The notes under the pieces are model-generated. The model saw nothing but the letters and a program-made list of their open reading frames with translations, was not told the DNA's origin and searched no databases. 64,000 nt of DNA, from the IMG/VR virus record IMGVR_UViG_3300046170_000470. One strand, given 5' to 3'. Shown here piece by piece: positions 57,466 to 64,000 of the stretch. Position 1 is the first letter of the stretch; every line of letters begins with the position of its first letter. The stretch is from a virus. Both the position numbers and the translations under genes were made by a program.

Positions 57466-58452
57466 ATGGCAAAAACATCATTATTGCAGGAAAGAGTGGT
57501 TTATAAACCCTTTGAGTACCCAGAAGCACATGACTATTGGATGAAACAACAACAAGCACATTGGTTACATACTGAAGTACCAATGATGTCTGATGTGAAT
57601 GATTGGAAACAAAACCTTTCAGAAACAGAAAAAAATATAATTGGTTCCATCCTTAAAGGGTTTGCTCAAACAGAAACTGTAGTAAATGATTATTGGTCAT
57701 CTTTGGTTACAAAATGGTTTAGAAAACCTGAAGTGATTAAAATGGCTGTTACATTTGGGGCATTTGAAACTATCCATGCTGAAGCATATTCTTTATTAAA
57801 TGAAGAATTAGGATTAGATGATTTTAGTGAATTCCTAGAAGATGAAGCTACAATGGCAAAAATAGAGGCATTAACTGAAGTAAGAGATTCTCACGATGGT
57901 ACTCCTAATTGGCATGAAAGAGCAAAATCATTAGCTATATTTTCAGCATTTACAGAAGGTGTAAATTTATTTTCTTCATTTGCTGTTTTACTTTCTTTTA
58001 AATTAGATAATAAACTCAAAGGAGTAGGACAAATTGTAGAATGGAGCATTAGAGATGAATCATTACATTCTGAAGCAGGATGTTGGCTATTTAGAACACT
58101 ACTAAAAGAACACCCAGAATTTGACACCCCAGAATTAAGAGCTGATATTGAAGAAGCAGCCAAATTATCTTTAAAATTAGAATTAGATTTTATTGATACA
58201 GTTTATGAAATGGGAGATTTAAAAGGGTGTCCAAAATATGATCTAGTATCTTTTATTAAACATAGAGTAAATACTAAAATGAGCGATTTAGGTTATGGAG
58301 CGATAGTAAATGGTATAGATCAAGATGCAGTAAAAAGAATGAAATGGTTTGATAATTTATCAGGTGGTAAACAACACACAGATTTCTTTGCAAACAGAGT
58401 AACAAATTATAGTAAAGGAGTTCAGAATTGGGACGCAAACAGTTTATTTTAA
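57466..58452 (+). CDS. nrdB: Ribonucleotide reductase class I beta subunit
   Basis: FETIHAEAYS, EGVNLFSSF, RDESLH, DFFA. Confidence 0.95.
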   Translation: MAKTSLLQERVVYKPFEYPEAHDYWMKQQQAHWLHTEVPMMSDVNDWKQNLSETEKNIIGSILKGFAQTETVVNDYWSSLVTKWFRKPEVIKMAVTFGAFETIHAEAYSLLNEELGLDDFSEFLEDEATMAKIEALTEVRDSHDGTPNWHERAKSLAIFSAFTEGVNLFSSFAVLLSFKLDNKLKGVGQIVEWSIRDESLHSEAGCWLFRTLLKEHPEFDTPELRADIEEAAKLSLKLELDFIDTVYEMGDLKGCPKYDLVSFIKHRVNTKMSDLGYGAIVNGIDQDAVKRMKWFDNLSGGKQHTDFFANRVTNYSKGVQNWDANSLF

Positions 58453-58455
58453 AAT

Positions 58456-60174
58456 ATGGAAAACAACGCATTACAAGCAGATTATACAAATTGGGAAGCA
58501 GGTAAAAGACTATCCAGAATGGATGGATGAAATTTCTTTAGCAACAATTTCTAAGGGTTATTTATTACCTGGAGAAGATGTTAAAAAAGCTTATAGACGA
58601 GTTGCAAATGCAGCTGCTATGAGACTTAAAAAAACCAGAGCTATCTAATAAATTTTTTAAAATTATGTGGAATGGTTGGTTAGGGTTAGCATCACCTGTA
58701 TTATCAAATATGGGGACTGATCGTGGTTTACCTATTTCTTGTTTTGGTGTTGATACGCCCTGATTCAATACGTGGAATTGGTTTAACTAACGCAGAACTA
58801 ATGAAATTAACCGCCTCTGGTGGTGGTGTAGGTATATCACTATCTCGTATTAGAGAACGTGGAACAGGAATTACAGGAAATGGGAAATCTGAAGGTGTAG
58901 TTCCATGGGCTAAAATATTTGATTCTTCAATTATTGCTACTAACCAAGGAAATGTTAGAAGAGGAGCAGCATCTGTTAATTTAGATATAGAACATGGGGA
59001 TATAGAGGAATTCTTACAAATTCGTAGACCAAAGGGTGACCCAAATAGACAATGTTTAAATTTACACCAATGTGTTGTTGTAGGAGATTCATTTATGAGA
59101 AAACTAGAAGCAAGAGACCCTGAAGCAATGAATAGATGGGCTACTGTTTTAAAATCAAGAATGGAAACAGGTGAACCTTATATAATGTACAAGGACAATG
59201 TTAACAAGGATAACCCTATAGCTTATAGACTAAACAATTTAGAAGTATCTATGACTAATATTTGTTCTGAAATTACTTTATTTACAGATGAAGAACATTC
59301 ATTTATTTGTTGTTTATCTTCTATGAATTTATCAAAATACGAAGAATGGAAAGACACAGATGCTGTTGAATTAGCTACTTGGTTTTTAGATGGTGTAATG
59401 CAAGAATTTATTGATAAATCTGCTGGTAAAGATTCATTACAAAGAACTTATAACCATGCTCGTAAAGGACGTGCTTTAGGTTTAGGTGTAATGGGTTGGC
59501 ATTCATTCCTACAACAAAAAGGATTACCATTTAATTCAATTGCTTCTACAGCACATACCCATAATATATTTAATGATATTAGAGGTAAAGCAGAAAAAGC
59601 ATCTATGGCTTTAGCTCAAGAATATGGAGAACCTTTATGGTGTAGAGGAACAGGTATGAGAAATACCCACTTACTAGCAGTAGCCCCAACAGTATCTAAT
59701 TCAGTTATTTGTGGTGGGATTAGTGCTGGTATTGAACCCTTACCCGCTAACATTTATACATTTAATGGTGCAAAAGGTACTTTTATTAGAAAAAACAAAG
59801 TACTACAGTCTATTTTAGCTGAAAAAGGAGAAGATAAAGATAAATGGTGGGACCAAATGTTAGAACAAGATGGTTCAGCTCAAGGTTTACCAGATAATAT
59901 TTTATCTCCTGAAGAAAAAGAATTATTTTTAACTTTCCCTGAAATTAATCAATTAGAATTGGTACGTCAAGCAGCCATTAGACAACGTTATATTGATCAA
60001 ACCCAATCTTTAAATTTGTCATTTGATGTAAATGATTCACCAAAATGGATTAATCAAGTACATTTAGAAGGATGGAAGTTAGGTATTAAAACATTTTATT
60101 ATTTAAGAACTGACAGTGTAATTAAAGGAGATTTAGGTTCTCGTATGGCTGATTGTGTTAGCTGTGATGGGTAG
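58456..60174 (+). CDS. nrdA: Ribonucleotide reductase class I alpha subunit; three +1 indels in the 5' part
   Basis: SPVLSN, GLPISCF, GGGVG, RRGA, TNICSEI, APTVS, DQTQS, YYLR, C-terminal CVSCDG. Confidence 0.95.
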
Positions 60175-60196
60175 TAATCCTAAATATTTTTATTTT

Positions 60197-60222
60197 AAGA
60201 GAGCGCAATAGCGCTCTTTTTT
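60197..60222 (+). terminator. Intrinsic terminator after nrdA
   Basis: gagagcgc-aata-gcgctctt followed by T-run. Confidence 0.88.
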
Positions 60223-60319
60223 CTTATATGTATTATTGAAGTATAATCGAATATGGGCGGCAACCCTATTCAATTCTAAAGTTTTTACAAACGTTTTTTT
60301 ATTAACGAAAAAGTTGAAT

Positions 60320-60793
60320 ATGAGATCAATATGTTTCATTTTTGCCTTAATATTAGGCATCAATGCGTATAGTCAAGAAACTATACACATACAAGAAGTT
60401 ACCAATAACATAGTTATGGGGCCATTTGCAGGTAACCGTAACCTGGCTTTTGGTGTACAAAATATCTTAGAAGAAATTATTCAAGATAAAGACTATTATT
60501 TAGATGATAATTCACCAAGAAATATTAAAGTCGAACTACTATACTTTGACGTAAAGAAAAATAACATGCAATTGGCGGCATATGGGCGTAAAGTCGATAT
60601 TACCCAAATTATTGCAGGTGCAAGGTTAATAGTAGATGGAAAAGTAGTAAAAGAAGTAATTGCTAAAGGAACTTCTAAGTCTATTTCAACATCTACTTTA
60701 ATTATAGATGATGGAGGAAAATTTTCTCAAGCTGGTGTATCCTCTGCACTTAAAAAAGTTTGTGAACAACTTATAAATAAATTAAAATTATAA
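60320..60793 (+). CDS. Secreted protein, possibly CsgG/TolB-N-like fold (start taken at MRSICF)
   Basis: Signal peptide MRSICFIFALILGINAYSQ; FGVQNILEE...SSALKK. Confidence 0.55.
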   Translation: MRSICFIFALILGINAYSQETIHIQEVTNNIVMGPFAGNRNLAFGVQNILEEIIQDKDYYLDDNSPRNIKVELLYFDVKKNNMQLAAYGRKVDITQIIAGARLIVDGKVVKEVIAKGTSKSISTSTLIIDDGGKFSQAGVSSALKKVCEQLINKLKL

Positions 60794-62487
60794 TGAAAAA
60801 ACTATTATTTTTATTACTTTTACCTTTTGGGCTACTAGCTCAACAAGGTTATTTAAGCCATAGCTACATTGATGGTGATTCAAATGGATTTGTAGTTGGG
60901 CAAGAGATCACTGTTAAGTTTGAAGGTTTACAAGGCAGTGGAATGACACCTGATCGTGTTCATTTCGACTTTGAATGGAACAACAAGCTTCTAGAGTATG
61001 TTTCACATACCTTTAACCCAACCTCAGGTTTACCCTCTGATGCTCAAAATTCATGGACAATGTGGAACGGGTATAGATTTAATCCCCTTACTTTTTATGC
61101 CGGGGTAGCAGTTGCCGAATCAGATTTAGATCTACAGTATGATCAAGGATGGTTAAATAGAGGAGAAGGATCTTATTCTACAGTTTCAGATTGGTCAGTT
61201 GCAAGAGTAATTATACAATCCTCTTCTGATTTACCTTTATCTACAGAATGGATTTATGTTAAATTTAAAATTAAAGATAGACAGGGAACCGGATATGATA
61301 ACTACAATAACGTTACAGATCTAAACTTTGCTGGCTTTGAAGACATAAGCACAAGCTCAGGATTATATGATGTAAATGCTGGTACAGAAAATATTTCGTT
61401 AGCTAATGTAAGTGGAGTAAATGCAGGTAATGTTACTATTAATTTAAATTCTGCTGCTAAATCTCAATATGCTACTGACTTTACTTATGCTATTTATACT
61501 GCTGATGGGGTAAATGGTAGAACAGGAAATGCAATTGAAACAGGTAATTTTGATGCAAACGGTCAGGTAATTACCAGTAACCTAATTGTAGATGAAAAAT
61601 ATTATGTAGAAATAAAAGTAAGTGACCAAGCCACTTGGTTAGATGATGTATTAACTATTACAGATGCTTTTATTATATTTAAACAAGGTAATGCTACTGG
61701 AGCAAGTGGACCTGGGGATACATCTTCTCAAAACACATTCGATTATTCTCTACAGTATCTTATAGGAGAATTAAACAATTCAGGAAACATTACCCCTGCA
61801 GATGCTTATCAAGCTTTAGGTCATGTGCAAGGAGTAGAAGGTTTAAGTGAATGGTTTACTAATTCAACCAATGGGTCTAAAAATGTATGGGGGAGAGTAG
61901 AGCAATTAGGTGTATCAACTAATGATTATTATTTCGGACAAAAATATATTATTGAACCTACAGATGCTGTTAAATCATTTAACTTTGGTCATGCTTTAAT
62001 TGGTGATGTAGATTTCTCACATGGGTATGCTCCTACAGCTGAAGGAAGCTCTTTTTCAACTACTTCTCAAGCACAATCAAGAATGAGTGTAACATCAAGA
62101 GCATTAAGCCAAGCAGTTGAAAGTAATTTAGATGTTGTTTCTGAATTAATAGATGGTAAAGTACACTTTACTATTAATTTACAAGAAGAAGGAGTAGTAG
62201 GTACTCAATTTAATATAAATTATGATGATACTATTTTAACTTTAGATAATGTAATTTTTGATACTGGAAATACAATGACAAATTTTGCAAATCATAAACA
62301 GCAACAAGCTAAAGTAAATATAGGGTCTTTAGACCAATCAGGAGAAGTATCAATTAAAAAAGGGAATGCTTATAAATTAATATTTACTCCAAACGAAACA
62401 TTACAAAACACATCAGGATTAGTTACCTTTAAGTTAACTGAAGGAATTAAAGCTGATGGGCAAAAAGTTCAATTTATAATTCAATAA
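60793..62487 (+). CDS. Secreted protein with cohesin-like and dockerin-like segments
   Basis: Signal peptide; GELNNSGNITPADAY (dockerin/EF-hand-like); GTQFNINYDDTILTL (cohesin-like). Confidence 0.6.
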   Translation: MKKLLFLLLLPFGLLAQQGYLSHSYIDGDSNGFVVGQEITVKFEGLQGSGMTPDRVHFDFEWNNKLLEYVSHTFNPTSGLPSDAQNSWTMWNGYRFNPLTFYAGVAVAESDLDLQYDQGWLNRGEGSYSTVSDWSVARVIIQSSSDLPLSTEWIYVKFKIKDRQGTGYDNYNNVTDLNFAGFEDISTSSGLYDVNAGTENISLANVSGVNAGNVTINLNSAAKSQYATDFTYAIYTADGVNGRTGNAIETGNFDANGQVITSNLIVDEKYYVEIKVSDQATWLDDVLTITDAFIIFKQGNATGASGPGDTSSQNTFDYSLQYLIGELNNSGNITPADAYQALGHVQGVEGLSEWFTNSTNGSKNVWGRVEQLGVSTNDYYFGQKYIIEPTDAVKSFNFGHALIGDVDFSHGYAPTAEGSSFSTTSQAQSRMSVTSRALSQAVESNLDVVSELIDGKVHFTINLQEEGVVGTQFNINYDDTILTLDNVIFDTGNTMTNFANHKQQQAKVNIGSLDQSGEVSIKKGNAYKLIFTPNETLQNTSGLVTFKLTEGIKADGQKVQFIIQ

Positions 62488-62490
62488 AAA

Positions 62491-62868
62491 ATGAAAAAAT
62501 TATTATCAATATTAGCATTACTTTTAGTATTAGGATGCACCCAAGATGAAGAGTTTATTATAATAGATGAAAACCAAGAAGTACCTGAAGCTTTATTTAT
62601 TGAAGACTTAGTGGGAATTAAATTATCTAGTTCTATTGTTTCTGATAGAGTAGCCATGAATGTTAAATTACCATCAGATGGAGATTATAGAGTAAAAATT
62701 AGACACAGTATGACTAATGAGTTAATTTCCCAAGAAAAACTTACAGGTAAAGAAGGAGACAATATTTTAAAAGTGTATGTTAATACTTTAGAAAATAGTT
62801 CATATAAGTTAGAATTAACTAAAGAAAATCATACAATAGTAGGAGTAACATTATTTTCAAAATTTTAA
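62491..62868 (+). CDS. Lipoprotein with Ig-like beta domain
   Basis: Lipobox VLGC; G.N...Y...L....Y.L.L. Confidence 0.65.
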   Translation: MKKLLSILALLLVLGCTQDEEFIIIDENQEVPEALFIEDLVGIKLSSSIVSDRVAMNVKLPSDGDYRVKIRHSMTNELISQEKLTGKEGDNILKVYVNTLENSSYKLELTKENHTIVGVTLFSKF

Positions 62869-62871
62869 AAA

Positions 62872-63150
62872 ATGAGTGAAGAAAAAGGAGGATTTTTTAG
62901 CCAAATTAAAAATCAAATAATCACAACAATTGGTCTTATTATTACGGCTGCAGGTGGTTTAGTAATAACCAATATGGAAGCTATATTTGGTGTAGGTGAA
63001 GAAATAGTAGTAGAACAGCCTATGATGGAACAAACTATTAACTTTCCTGAAGCTACTAAAGATACCATAGTAATTTCTAAAACTATAGTAATTCCTCCTA
63101 AAAAAGAAAAAACCGAAACAGAAAAAAGAAAAGAAGAATTTGACTGGTAG
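62872..63150 (+). CDS. Small membrane protein
   Basis: One TM segment (IITTIGLIITAAGGLVIT). Confidence 0.6.
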   Translation: MSEEKGGFFSQIKNQIITTIGLIITAAGGLVITNMEAIFGVGEEIVVEQPMMEQTINFPEATKDTIVISKTIVIPPKKEKTETEKRKEEFDW

Positions 63151-63156
63151 AAACAA

Positions 63157-63182
63157 GAAACCAGGCGGCAACCTGGTTTCTC
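63157..63182 (+). promoter_or_regulatory. 10-bp hairpin agaaaccagg-cggcaa-cctggtttct (terminator or RNA element)
   Basis: Perfect intergenic inverted repeat. Confidence 0.7.
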
Positions 63183-63227
63183 TTATTCTGATGTCAAATT
63201 AAAATTGAATGAAGTATAACAGTTAAA

Positions 63228-63479
63228 ATGACAACCATGAATTATTTATCACAACGTACAAAGAAATTGTGGCTAAGCCAAGCAATTCTTAGTATTCTTA
63301 GTTTTTACATATTAGAACAAGATGGTCTTATCAATAAAATAGTTGAAGTTATTGCAAAAATGCTTGTAACTTTTTTATTTGTACTTGCAGTATCAGGTAT
63401 AACAAAATTAATTTTTGAATTGATAACTAACCCATCCCAATTTAGCAATGCTACTTTTGGTGTGTTTGACTATCTGTAA
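63228..63479 (+). CDS. Small membrane protein
   Basis: 83-aa ORF with two hydrophobic segments. Confidence 0.5.
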   Translation: MTTMNYLSQRTKKLWLSQAILSILSFYILEQDGLINKIVEVIAKMLVTFLFVLAVSGITKLIFELITNPSQFSNATFGVFDYL

Positions 63480-63481
63480 AA

Positions 63482-64000
63482 ATGAAACATCTTATCGTAT
63501 TTTTACTTGGGCTAAATGTAGCATTTGGTCAAGTACTAGGCAAAACAACTACTGAAGATTATACAGCTGGATTTGAATCAAGAGAATCTATCTGGTCTAT
63601 TCCAGAATATAACGGAGACCCAGTTACTGTTGCTCTCCTTAATATTGGAGTTAGTGATGAAGTACTATCACAATACCCGGAACTAGGAGATTACCGTGTA
63701 GGGTTAGGTCTTACCAATATAACAGTAGCATTCTTAGATGAAACATTTAGATTTGAATTCGTTGAAACTAAAGACGAAATTAAAAATAGAATGGTTTCTC
63801 AATATAAAGCCTCCCAGAAAGGATTTACTGCAAACCAAATTAATATTAAAGGTAAGATTATGCTTGCTAAATATTTTTGTTATATAGAAGTATATGACTT
63901 TTCTATTTCGGAAGATGAAAATATTAGCTTAAAAGATGGAATTAAAAGTAACTTAGTTACTAGGTTAGGTCTTCAAGTTAAGATGGTCGATGCTGAAACA
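63482..64000 (+). CDS. CsgG/HfaB-like secreted protein (runs off the window)
   Basis: Not in the ORF track: MKHLIVFLLGLNVAFG...GLTNITVAFLDETFRFEFVE...AKYFCYIEVYDF...LQVKMVDAET. Confidence 0.65.
   Translation, partial: MKHLIVFLLGLNVAFGQVLGKTTTEDYTAGFESRESIWSIPEYNGDPVTVALLNIGVSDEVLSQYPELGDYRVGLGLTNITVAFLDETFRFEFVETKDEIKNRMVSQYKASQKGFTANQINIKGKIMLAKYFCYIEVYDFSISEDENISLKDGIKSNLVTRLGLQVKMVDAET

Noticed and set aside
57466-60174. Intron or intein in the nrd genes
   Set aside because: Frames rejoin with single-base corrections, with no extra sequence or splicing motifs
2282-63171. Minus-strand ORFs in the track (e.g. 29601-30179, 13051-13278, 52630-52926)
   Set aside because: All are antisense shadows of well-supported + strand genes, with no motifs of their own
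1-64000. tRNA/rRNA genes, integrase, transposase, reverse transcriptase/DGR
   Set aside because: None recognised by eye and intergenic gaps are mostly too short; a tRNAscan/Infernal run would be needed to exclude them formally

Overview
A 64-kb, very AT-rich segment of a large contractile-tailed (T4-like head and tail module) dsDNA phage. All supportable genes lie on the + strand. Promoter shape (TTGG-N17-YRTATATT), AT-rich leaders without Shine-Dalgarno sites and lipoprotein types suggest a Bacteroidota host (inference). Gene order: (1) glycosyltransferase, APS kinase and nucleotidyltransferase cluster; (2) primase and exonuclease; (3) a ~15-kb block (6.2-21.6 kb) of apparent head-packaged proteins; (4) terminase, portal, prohead protease, scaffold, major capsid, PhoH, neck; (5) a glycosyltransferase pair, sheath, tube, tail chaperone, tape measure, baseplate; (6) PolA-like, SSB, RecA/UvsX, flap nuclease, helicase, NrdB/NrdA; (7) a secreted CsgG-like and cohesin/dockerin-like surface cluster. 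Many essential genes are broken by single-base indels that look like long-read errors. Main hunt result: an apparent capsid-cargo system. Many proteins carry short N-terminal leaders ending in [ILV]-x-E, the T4 gp21-type cleavage motif. Several are modular polyproteins whose unrelated domains are separated by such sites, and some modules are flanked by short direct DNA repeats. Other candidates are a +1 programmed frameshift in the tail chaperone, a 5'/3'-paired mRNA encoding a small membrane protein, two promoter classes and several structured RNA leaders. All family assignments come from motif recognition by eye; no searches were run.
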